DNA of 64,000 nucleotides from Pyrinomonadaceae bacterium (GTDB taxonomy: Bacteria > Acidobacteriota > Blastocatellia > Pyrinomonadales > Pyrinomonadaceae), in NCBI GenBank assembly GCA_963715565.1, contig OY970256.1:2679836-2743835 (forward strand). The letters run 5' to 3'. A model generated the notes under the pieces. The model saw only the letters and a list, made by a program, of their open reading frames with translations, searched no databases and was not told the origin of the DNA. Positions 8,005-16,199 of this stretch are shown here, piece after piece. The translations under genes and the position numbers were made by a program. Every line of letters starts with the position of its first letter. The first letter of the stretch is position 1.

Positions 8005-9810
8005 TCATCTTATTTCTATCTCGACAGGTTTCGCGCCGCGTGCGTCGTAGCCTTCGGGCCAGTTGGAGATGTTGAGGCCGAAGGGATTGTCGGCATCCGG
8101 TTTGACGGCGAAGCTGATGTTGAGAGGTTGGCCCCTTGAGGCTCCAAGACGCACGAGCCACGAATCAATCTGCCATTCCTGAACGAGCGCCTGCCCCTTT
8201 CCCTTCTCCACGGGAACAAGACGCGAGCCGTAATCTCTGCCGTTTATCAAGAGCGTGACGCGCGTGGAGATTTCCGAAGGCTGTAATCCTTCCACCGGCA
8301 CGGGCTGGATGTGCGCGCGGACGATGATTTTCGTCACGCTCCGCCAGCCGTCCTCCCGGCGCGGCACGATGTAGGTGAAAGAGCCGACGCCGTAACCCCA
8401 GATGTAGCCCGCTCCTCGGCCAAGTTTTTCAAAGCGGCCACTCGCGGCCTGCTCGGGCGAAAACCTGTAGAGCAGCGCTCCGTCAGGCTGCGCGATTCGT
8501 TCCGGGATAATGGATGCTTCCGTTTCGGAACGCTTGAAAGCGAACTGCCTCGGGATGAGATGGCGGCGCTTGTCGAGGAGCACGGGCGGCGGCGGCCAAT
8601 CGTACTGTAAGGATTTAAAAAGCTGAGCGCCGCGACGAATCTCCGCGCGCACGCGCTCGTCATCCGGCACGTTGTAGCTAACGTTGTAATCGCGCACGGT
8701 ATCCGGCGTCCAGCGCCAGAACATCGCGCCGCTCACGCCCGCACGCGCCACGCTCTCGAAATAGGCCCGGTACCAATCGGTTTGCGAATAGCCTTTGTAA
8801 CCGTCGGGCGTCATGCCGAACTCGCCGAAGACGAGCGGCTTGCGCACCTCGAACGAAGCGGCGGCGCGGTTGTCTACAAACTCGCGCAGAGCCTGCGGTG
8901 AATCCACGTAGCTGTTGAGGTCGTCGCGCGGGTAGATGTGCACGTCGCAGTAATCTATCGTTGGAATGCGATGTTCCGCGAGCCACTCGCGGCGCTCCCA
9001 CGCCGTGCGATAACCCCACGTGCCGGGCGCGACGAGATGATTGGCATCAAGCGATTTGATAAAGCGGCTCATCTCCGCGACCCACGCGCGGCGCGCGGGC
9101 CAACCCTTCGGCGTGGCCTGCGCCTCGTTCATCAACTCGTAGCCCATGATGACGGGGTCTTCGCTGTAGAGCGTGCCGGTCACTGTGTTGCGGCGCGTGA
9201 CTATGCGGCGGACGTGCTCGCGATAAAGGGAGCGCACGCGCTCGTCCGTGTAAAAGAGCATGGCGCGCTCGACGTTGATGCCGAAGGGCTGTGTGTCGTC
9301 TGCGGCGTCCGCCAATCCCGCCCAGCGCAGATAACGCACGACGCCGCCAGTGTCGCGCCACCAGTTTGTCAAACAAATCTGCACGCGCAGATTATGACGC
9401 GCAGCTTCCGCTATGACGCGATCAAGATTGACGAAGGCGTCCTCGTTCCAATCATCAGGGCCGCGACGAAAAGGATTAAGACCGAGCCAACTGTTGCGCG
9501 CAACGCCCGTTGGTTGTGAATCGTCCGCGCCGCTCTCGCCAAAAGCCCAGAGGCGTATGACGCTCACGCCGTCGCGCCCCGCCTCGCGCATGGTGTCCGA
9601 CATATAGGCGCGTTCTTCCGTGCCGTAGATGACGGCGGCGTTCGCGCCTACAAAACGAAATGGACGACCGTTGACAAAGAAGCGTGGGCCTTGTGCGGTG
9701 ACAAACCCGCGCGGCGCACGCGCACGAGGCGCGCCCAGCTGCGTCGCAAAAAGAAGCGCCGCGCCCAACAGCAGCAGGGACGCGGCGATGAAAAACTTTC
9801 TCTTACCCAT
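8005..9810 (-). CDS. secreted glycoside hydrolase family 5-like protein with C-terminal extra domain
   Basis: Signal peptide MGKRKFFIAASLLLLGAALL. GH5-like acid/base GYELMNEA and nucleophile LVFGEFG motifs. Confidence 0.7.
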   Translation of the reverse strand: MGKRKFFIAASLLLLGAALLFATQLGAPRARAPRGFVTAQGPRFFVNGRPFRFVGANAAVIYGTEERAYMSDTMREAGRDGVSVIRLWAFGESGADDSQPTGVARNSWLGLNPFRRGPDDWNEDAFVNLDRVIAEAARHNLRVQICLTNWWRDTGGVVRYLRWAGLADAADDTQPFGINVERAMLFYTDERVRSLYREHVRRIVTRRNTVTGTLYSEDPVIMGYELMNEAQATPKGWPARRAWVAEMSRFIKSLDANHLVAPGTWGYRTAWERREWLAEHRIPTIDYCDVHIYPRDDLNSYVDSPQALREFVDNRAAASFEVRKPLVFGEFGMTPDGYKGYSQTDWYRAYFESVARAGVSGAMFWRWTPDTVRDYNVSYNVPDDERVRAEIRRGAQLFKSLQYDWPPPPVLLDKRRHLIPRQFAFKRSETEASIIPERIAQPDGALLYRFSPEQAASGRFEKLGRGAGYIWGYGVGSFTYIVPRREDGWRSVTKIIVRAHIQPVPVEGLQPSEISTRVTLLINGRDYGSRLVPVEKGKGQALVQEWQIDSWLVRLGASRGQPLNISFAVKPDADNPFGLNISNWPEGYDARGAKPVEIEIR

Positions 9811-9865
9811 TTATAAAGAACTCAAAAAAAACTTCCTGAATCAACCGCGCGTGAAAGCCCGCGCT

Positions 9866-10213
9866 TTAACTCGGATCGGTAAGCTTGACGAACCCCATGA
9901 TGGCGCACACTCCTGCCAGCACGATGAAGAGATTAAAGAAAGCTCCGACGTTGAGGCCCATGTCCGCATCGCTCACCACGGCAAAGGCGAGCAACAGAAA
10001 TTGCAGGTGATAAATAATCAGGCACACGGCGCAGAAGGCGAACCAGCGCGTCGAAGGGCCAAAGGCGCGCGCGCGTTGAAACCCGAGCACGGCGGCTATC
10101 AACCATGCCAGCACGCCCGCGATTAAGAGAATCAGTACGACGGGTAAGAAAAAGGTCGGCTGTGTGCCGCGCGTCTCGGCCTGCGCGAGCATCCAGAATA
10201 GAGCCGGAAACAT
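9866..10213 (-). CDS. hypothetical integral membrane protein (3-4 TM helices)
   Basis: 115-aa hydrophobic ORF with GAGGAG about 10 nt upstream of the ATG. Confidence 0.55.
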   Translation of the reverse strand: MFPALFWMLAQAETRGTQPTFFLPVVLILLIAGVLAWLIAAVLGFQRARAFGPSTRWFAFCAVCLIIYHLQFLLLAFAVVSDADMGLNVGAFFNLFIVLAGVCAIMGFVKLTDPS

Positions 10214-10474
10214 TCCGTTTGTTTCTCCTCGGAAAGGGATGTCCGTAGAACTTTTTGAAGTTCTCTCCTGACGAAAATAATCAAAAGCGCCGTTTGGGCT
10301 TTCGGAACAAATGGTCTCGTTCCCGAGAGCGCAAACGGCGTCAAGATTTATTCATCACGAGGTTCGAGAGCCGCCCGGAGCACCAAAAGTCTTGCGACCC
10401 ACAGGGCGACCCCCAAGCGCTTCGTTCAACACCACTCGTAGATGCAAACTTCCATCGGAGGACATCAAAGCAAA

Positions 10475-10693
10475 TTACTGCGTGATGTGAATCTCCTCCT
10501 CCTTGTTGACGCGACCGGCGAAAAAGATAACTCCGCAGATGACGGCAACCACTGCGGCCACCCCCGCCCAAATCGCGTGCATGGTTCCGCTTTGTGCTCC
10601 CGGCATTTTGAGGAACACAACGAACTGCCAAACCGCGACGATGGCGGCGGCGATGCCTATAACCAAACTCAGAATGTCTTTCAGGCTACTCAT
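10475..10693 (-). CDS. hypothetical small membrane protein (2 TM helices)
   Basis: Internal start MSSLKDILSLVIGIAAAIVAVW is preceded by GGAGG. The longer track ORF (to 10822) has no RBS. Confidence 0.5.
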   Translation of the reverse strand: MSSLKDILSLVIGIAAAIVAVWQFVVFLKMPGAQSGTMHAIWAGVAAVVAVICGVIFFAGRVNKEEEIHITQ

Positions 10694-10981
10694 ATATTGA
10701 ACCTCCGGCGTTCGCTTGAAGATCAAAAATGATGGCTCGTAAAAGCTTCTCGCGCCTGTAATTAAGCGTCTACATGAGAACCACGTCGGGCAAACACCAT
10801 CATCCACGAAGGACGACGGCATTTCTCAATTATCTATTTCTGAGGGAGCATGTTACCGCTAAGGAAGGGTAAAGGTAAAGCGCAAAGATGCAGATTTCCG
10901 CAGAGAGGGATAAAGAAAAGCGCGGGGCCAAACCGCTCTTGCCTACTCTGGAAGCCGTTGGAAAGTGACCTACATCCGTTT

Positions 10982-11138
10982 AGCTCCGTAGGAGCAGAAT
11001 GTTTATAGCTTGATTTTCATCATCAAGAATCAAGCTCCGTAGGAGCGGCATGTGCGTCATCCCTGACATGACGCTCCTACGGAGCTTGATATGTTTTTGT
11101 CACTTGCCAGCTATAAACATCCTCGCTCCTACGGAGCT
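10982..11138. repeat. ~155-bp nested-palindrome element (REP/MITE-like), copy 1
   Basis: Outer arms AGCTCCGTAGGAGCAGAATGTTTATAGCT and AGCTATAAACATCCTCGCTCCTACGGAGCT. Inner hairpin ATCAAGCTCCGTAGGAGCG...ATGACGCTCCTACGGAGCTTGAT. Four copies of the 14-mer AGCTCCGTAGGAGC or its complement. Confidence 0.85.
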
Positions 11139-11207
11139 ACAAACAAATTACACCTTCCTCGCCGGAACTCCTAATGATTTATCGTCGCCGCGTTATCTCC
11201 GCACCTT

Positions 11208-13121
11208 TTACACGATACGGCGGCGGTCGCCCGCGCGCTGCGTGATGCGCTCGCGGTCCAGATATTCCAGAAGCGGGATGGCGTACTTGCGCGTGACATT
11301 CGCCAAATCCTTAAAAGCCGCCACGTCTATCAAACGCTCCGGCTCGTGCTCGACGGCGTAGGCGCGCAAGTCTCGGACGAGGCGGTCGAGCGCCTCGCGA
11401 TGAAACAGAAGGTCAGGCGCGACGCGCACGAGGATGCCAGCGTCCAAAAGCAGTTGCAGAATTTTGCGCCCGTGCTCGGCTTCGGTCTTTGCCCCACGGG
11501 ATGCGCGCGCGTGCGCCTCTTCAAAGGAAGGAACTTCCAGCTCCGCCTCCCTGTAAATTTCTTCCAGGCGGTCGCGCAAAGAAGCGTCTTCCCCCGAAAG
11601 CTCAAGCGTGTGCGTCGCAGAGCGCACAATCTCTTTTTCGGAGACGAGCTTTTCATCACGCTCAAGCGCGTAGAGCGCGGCGCGAAAAATTTCCGGCTGG
11701 GCGTGTGCAAAGAGACGCTCGCGCAAGGTCTCGCGCGAGAGCCCGCGCGATAAGGGCTCGCGCCTATGATGAGCCATGACTTCTTCAAGCGCGGCTTGCG
11801 CCAGCGCGTCAAAGCTCGTGCGCGACAAATACACGCCCTCCGCATCCACGACCGCGCCGCTCGCACGCGCAGCGCGCAGAGCCTCTTCCAGAACTTCATC
11901 GCGCCAGCCCGTGCGCGCCAGTAAATCCGCGCGACGCAGGCTTGTCGAAGCCGCGACGAAGGCAGCGACCTGCGCCGCCCTGTCTCCGTTCATCAAATCA
12001 GAGAGAGCTGCGCGCGTTTCTCTTATCTCGCGCCCGCGATGTTTTGTCGCCAGTGGGTCCAGCACGCGCCCGCCCGCGATGGTGTGCGAAGGCGAATAAG
12101 AACGGATGATGAAATGCTCGCCCATGAGCGTGGCGACAGGCGTTTCCAGCCGCAACTGCGCAAAGCCCGCCTCGCCCGGAGCAATCTCGCCGCCTTCTTC
12201 CAGAACGCGCACACGCGCTAAAACTTCCGCAGCTCCAAGATGCACGCGCACGCGCGAGCGTGAACGCAAACCGCGCGGCGCGCTTTTTAAGACTTCGACG
12301 CGCGCGTCCATGATTTGCGAAGGACGCAGCCGACCCGTCTGCGCCAGCACCATCCCGCGCTCAAGCTGTCCTGTTTCGACGCCTCCCAGGTTAACAGCCG
12401 TGCGCTGGCCTGCCACGGCGCGCTCAACCGCCTGCCCGTGCACCTGTAGCCCACGCACGCGCACGCGACGCTCCAAGGGCAAAAGCTCCAGCTCGTCGCC
12501 CTCGCCGATTTCGCCCGCGACGAGTGTGCCCGTTACCACCGCGCCGAAGCCGCGCATGGTAAAGGCTCTATCCACGGGCAGCCGCGCCACCGTTTCCGAA
12601 AGACGAGCAGGCGCAGCTAGAGCCACTTCGCGCAAGCTCTCCTTTAACTCCGCGAGCCCCTCGCCCGTGCGCGAGCTGACGGACAGGATGGGCGCGTCTT
12701 CGAGAAATGAATTTTTGACCAGCTCCTCTGCCTCCGCGCGAACAAGCTGAAGCAGCTCCTCGTCAACCGCGTCCCGTTTAGTGATAACGACGAGGCCCGC
12801 CTGGACGCCTAGCAGGCGGCAGATATCAAAGTGCTCGCGTGTTTGCGGCATGACGCCTTCGTCCGCCGCGATGACGAGCGCCACCAGATCAATCCCGTGC
12901 GCGCCCGCCAGCATGTTCTTCACAAACCGCTCGTGGCCCGGCACGTCCACAAAGCCTACGCGCACGTCACGAAGATCAAGCTCTGCAAACCCTAGATCAA
13001 TCGTAATCCCGCGCCGCTTTTCTTCAGGCAGGCGATCCGCGTCCACGCCCGTCAGGGCGCGCACCAGAGCAGTTTTTCCGTGGTCTATGTGACCGGCTGT
13101 GCCGACGATGATTGAACGCAT
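11208..13121 (-). CDS. selB: selenocysteine-specific translation elongation factor SelB
   Basis: GTPase motifs [16 protein letters not shown] and TKRD, followed by long winged-helix-type C-terminal domains. Start taken at [11 protein letters not shown]; the 9 upstream codons of the track ORF are read from repeat family A. Confidence 0.9.
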   Translation of the reverse strand: MRSIIVGTAGHIDHGKTALVRALTGVDADRLPEEKRRGITIDLGFAELDLRDVRVGFVDVPGHERFVKNMLAGAHGIDLVALVIAADEGVMPQTREHFDICRLLGVQAGLVVITKRDAVDEELLQLVRAEAEELVKNSFLEDAPILSVSSRTGEGLAELKESLREVALAAPARLSETVARLPVDRAFTMRGFGAVVTGTLVAGEIGEGDELELLPLERRVRVRGLQVHGQAVERAVAGQRTAVNLGGVETGQLERGMVLAQTGRLRPSQIMDARVEVLKSAPRGLRSRSRVRVHLGAAEVLARVRVLEEGGEIAPGEAGFAQLRLETPVATLMGEHFIIRSYSPSHTIAGGRVLDPLATKHRGREIRETRAALSDLMNGDRAAQVAAFVAASTSLRRADLLARTGWRDEVLEEALRAARASGAVVDAEGVYLSRTSFDALAQAALEEVMAHHRREPLSRGLSRETLRERLFAHAQPEIFRAALYALERDEKLVSEKEIVRSATHTLELSGEDASLRDRLEEIYREAELEVPSFEEAHARASRGAKTEAEHGRKILQLLLDAGILVRVAPDLLFHREALDRLVRDLRAYAVEHEPERLIDVAAFKDLANVTRKYAIPLLEYLDRERITQRAGDRRRIV

Positions 13122-13203
13122 AAAAGCAATGCAAAAGTCAAAATGCAAAATGCAGAGTTAAAGAAGGTCTTTTCTTTTCATTTTGCATTTTGCACTTTGC
13201 ATT
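13122..13203. repeat. unit-built hairpin, family A (TGCAAAR heptamers)
   Basis: AAAAGCAATGCAAAAGTCAAAATGCAAAATGCAG ... TCATTTTGCATTTTGCACTTTGCATT. Directly abuts the selB start codon. Confidence 0.85.
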
Positions 13204-13320
13204 CATCATTTTCTTGTGCCTTTTATTTTACTATTTTGAAATCAATGAGCCTAATTGACGCGAGCCGTGCGGCACGGAATGTTGGACCAGAGCGGTGCAA
13301 AAGTTTCTCATCCCGTGCTT

Positions 13321-13336
13321 TTACATAACTATTACA
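13321..13336 (+). promoter_or_regulatory. direct repeat TTACA-N6-TTACA upstream of desaturase gene (possible OmpR-type regulator site)
   Basis: TTACATAACTATTACA has an 11-bp period and lies ~92-107 nt upstream of ATG 13428. The functional link is speculative. Confidence 0.25.
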
Positions 13337-13427
13337 AAGCGCGTGTCCGTGTGCTGTTACGATGATGGAGGGCAGAAACCATTCACAACTGAAAATCCGA
13401 CTGTTAGTTATAGGGGAGAGGGAAAAA

Positions 13428-14324
13428 ATGGGAACAAGCGTGGAGCGTAAAAAGGAGAAGGGCGAGATTATCTGGGTGACGACCATTTTCATGGTCCTCT
13501 TTCACGCGGCGGCCATTGTGGGACTTTTCATGTTTACGTGGAAGGCGCTCTTTGTGACGCTTGTGCTGTGGTGGATTTCGGGCAGCCTCGGGATAGGCAT
13601 GGGCTATCACAGGCTCCTGACGCATCGCGGCTACAAGACGCCGAAAGTGGTCGAATACTTTTTGACGTTGTGCGGCTCGCTTGCTTTGGAGAGCGGCCCG
13701 CTGCAATGGGTCGTGACGCATCGCATACACCACGCGCACACGGAGGTTCCCGGTCTTGACCCGCACACACCGCGCGAGGGCGGGTGGTGGGCGCACATGG
13801 GCTGGATTCTGCGCGGGCCTGCGCAGCATCATGACCAGGCGACAATGGAGCGTTACGCGCCCGACCTCTTGAAAGACCGTTTCCACGTCTGGCTCTCGAC
13901 CTGGTACTTCCTTCCCTTAGTCCTGCTTGGCATTGGTCTCTTTATTTTCGGCGGCTGGTCCGTGATGATGTGGGGCATCTTCGTGCGGACGACGATTGGG
14001 CTTCATGCCACATGGCTCGTCAATTCCGCTACGCACATGTGGGGCTCCAAGCGCTACGACATCAACGACGACTCGACCAACAACTGGCTCGTCGCCCTCG
14101 TGACCTTTGGCGAAGGCTGGCATAATAATCACCACGCGCACCCGCGCTCCGCGCGCCACGGCGTCGCATGGTACGAGTTGGACATCAACTGGTGGGGCAT
14201 ACGCACGCTGCAGCTTTTAGGTCTCGCACGCTCCGTCAAGCTCATCAGCGAAGTGAAATCGAGGCCGCGCGCTGTGGACACAGGAGCAGCGGCGACGGCG
14301 GAAAAGCTGACGGAAGCGGCTTAA
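13428..14324 (+). CDS. acyl-CoA / acyl-lipid delta-9 fatty acid desaturase
   Basis: Three His boxes HRLLTH, HRIHHAH and HNNHHAH, plus 4 TM segments. GGGGAGAGGG RBS upstream of ATG 13428. Confidence 0.88.
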   Translation: MGTSVERKKEKGEIIWVTTIFMVLFHAAAIVGLFMFTWKALFVTLVLWWISGSLGIGMGYHRLLTHRGYKTPKVVEYFLTLCGSLALESGPLQWVVTHRIHHAHTEVPGLDPHTPREGGWWAHMGWILRGPAQHHDQATMERYAPDLLKDRFHVWLSTWYFLPLVLLGIGLFIFGGWSVMMWGIFVRTTIGLHATWLVNSATHMWGSKRYDINDDSTNNWLVALVTFGEGWHNNHHAHPRSARHGVAWYELDINWWGIRTLQLLGLARSVKLISEVKSRPRAVDTGAAATAEKLTEAA

Positions 14325-14355
14325 TCAATCCGGACACGATGCGGAAACAAGCGAG

Positions 14356-14386
14356 AGGCGCGCTCCATGAAAGGGTGCGCCTTTTG
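14356..14386 (+). terminator. probable intrinsic terminator after desaturase gene
   Basis: AGGCGCGCTCC...GGGTGCGCCT stem (with G-U pairs) followed by TTTT. Confidence 0.5.
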
Positions 14387-14418
14387 CTATTTCCACGACT
14401 AGAGTTTTAGAATTTCAC

Positions 14419-15342
14419 ATGCGCATTCGTAGCTATCGCCGTGGCTATCGCCGGTCGGTCATCTTCTTTATCACGTTCGGCGTCTGTCTGGTCGTTTTAG
14501 CCGTCGCGCTCAACGTCGGGTGGATACTCTTGAACTGGCGCGAAGTCGCCATCCTCATCTTCGGCATCATCTTCTTCATAGCCATCATCACCGGCCTTGT
14601 CCTCAATACCATCTTTCTAGTGCGCGAAATCCGTCGCAACGAACAGCACGATGCTTTCATCAACGCCGTCACGCACGAGCTGAAGACGCCGATTGCTTCC
14701 ATACGCCTGTACCTTGAAACACTAAAGACGCGCGAAGTCACGGAGCAGAAGCGCGCGGAGTTTTACGACATCATGCTGGCCGACAGCGACCGTTTGCTGC
14801 ACACTGTCGAGCAAGTCCTGCGCGCCGGACAGAGCATGCACCGCCGCAAGCTCGGGCAGGAAGGCCCTGTGGATTTACGCGAGGTGGCGCGCGAATGCGT
14901 GCAACTGGCGCGCACGCGCTACCCGCAGCTTTCCGAAACAGCGTTTGCTTATGAAGAGAGCTTAACAAACGGCGGTCACGCTTCCGTGCGGGGCGATGCA
15001 GAAGAGTTGCGCGCCGCGCTGACGAACCTGATTGACAACGCAGTCAAGTACTCGCACGAAGACGTGCACATCTCTGTAGAGGTTGGTGAAGCGGATGCTA
15101 AACGTCTTCAACTTCGCGTGAGCGACGAAGGCATAGGCATCCCGCGCGCGCAGTTAAAGCGTATCTTCGGTCGTTTTCACCGCGTGCCGGGCCGTTTTAT
15201 GAGCGGCATTAAGGGAACGGGCCTTGGGCTCTTTATCGTGCAGGCGATTGTTAAAAGACACGGAGGCCGCGTCTTCGCAGAGAGCGCGGGCGAAGGACGC
15301 GGCTCGACCTTTACTATCCAATTGCCGAGGGTTAAAGAATGA
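14419..15342 (+). CDS. sensor histidine kinase lacking an extracytoplasmic domain (intramembrane-sensing type)
   Basis: Two TM helices joined by a ~4-aa loop run directly into the H-box THELKTP. N box DNAVKYS, G1 DEGIGI, G2 GTGLGL. Confidence 0.85.
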   Translation: MRIRSYRRGYRRSVIFFITFGVCLVVLAVALNVGWILLNWREVAILIFGIIFFIAIITGLVLNTIFLVREIRRNEQHDAFINAVTHELKTPIASIRLYLETLKTREVTEQKRAEFYDIMLADSDRLLHTVEQVLRAGQSMHRRKLGQEGPVDLREVARECVQLARTRYPQLSETAFAYEESLTNGGHASVRGDAEELRAALTNLIDNAVKYSHEDVHISVEVGEADAKRLQLRVSDEGIGIPRAQLKRIFGRFHRVPGRFMSGIKGTGLGLFIVQAIVKRHGGRVFAESAGEGRGSTFTIQLPRVKE

Positions 15343-16121
15343 ACGGGCCGCGCATACTGATTGTCGAAGACGAGCAGCATCTGGCCGAAGGGCTGCGCTT
15401 TAACCTTGAGGCCGAAGGCTACATGGTCGAAATCGTGGGCGAAGGCGAAACGGCGCTGGCGCATCTTTTAGGCAAAGACAGCGACTACGACGCGGTCGTG
15501 CTCGACGTGATGCTTCCGGGCAAAGACGGCTTCAAGGTGGTTGCGGAATTGAGGGCGGCGGGGCAATTCGTGCCGGTCCTGATGCTGACGGCGCGCGGGC
15601 GTCCCGAAGATGTCTTGCGCGGCTTTGAAGCGGGCGCGGACGATTATCTTCCAAAACCTTTTGAGCTGGCGATACTGCTGGCGCGCGTGCGCGGCCTACT
15701 GCGTCGTAGAGAGTGGCTCGTGCACGAGCACGATCAGGCAACGGCTGCAAACTCGACCCTTCCATCATCAGTCAAAGAAGCGAGCGCGCCCGCGTCTTCC
15801 GCACAGAGAGGAGGCTCGTTCTCCTTTAACGGCAAGACGATTGATTTCAGCGCGCTGGAGCTGCGCACAAAAACGCGCGTCGTGCGGCTCACGTTGATGG
15901 AAGCGGAGCTGCTTCGCTTTTTAATCGAGCACGCGGAGCGCGCCGTCTCGCGCAAGGAGATGTTGGAAGAAGTCTGGAACCTGCGCGAAGACACCGACAC
16001 GCGCGCCATAGACAACTTCATCGTCCGCCTGCGCAAATACATAGAAGACGAACCCTCCAGCCCCAAACACCTCCTCACCGTCCGCGGCGTCGGCTATCGC
16101 TTCATCGCTAAACCGCAGTGA
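15339..16121 (+). CDS. OmpR/PhoB-family response regulator
   Basis: ATGA overlap with the kinase gene. Receiver VVLDVMLPGKDG...LMLTAR and winged helix LLTVRGVGYRF. There is an unusually long S/A-rich linker (HEHDQATAANSTLPSSVKEASAPASSAQRGG). Confidence 0.88.
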   Translation: MNGPRILIVEDEQHLAEGLRFNLEAEGYMVEIVGEGETALAHLLGKDSDYDAVVLDVMLPGKDGFKVVAELRAAGQFVPVLMLTARGRPEDVLRGFEAGADDYLPKPFELAILLARVRGLLRRREWLVHEHDQATAANSTLPSSVKEASAPASSAQRGGSFSFNGKTIDFSALELRTKTRVVRLTLMEAELLRFLIEHAERAVSRKEMLEEVWNLREDTDTRAIDNFIVRLRKYIEDEPSSPKHLLTVRGVGYRFIAKPQ

Positions 16122-16196
16122 CAAGTGACAAGTGACGAGTGACAAGATAAGAAGCTTTTCTCTTGCTTGTCACTTGTCACTCGTCACTTGTCACTG
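16116..16196. repeat. unit-built hairpin, family B (GTGACRA heptamers)
   Basis: 31-nt arms CAGTGACAAGTGACAAGTGACGAGTGACAAG and CTTGTCACTTGTCACTCGTCACTTGTCACTG. The response-regulator TGA stop lies inside the left arm. Fills a convergent gap. Confidence 0.9.
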
Positions 16197-16199
16197 CTC

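Noticed and set aside
13122-13148. N-terminal extensions MHFDFCIAF (selB ORF) and MHFDFCTAFL (HlyD-like ORF, 35910-35939)
   Set aside because: The identical peptide arises because both ORFs read into family-A repeat DNA. Conserved protein N-termini begin at the internal Met.
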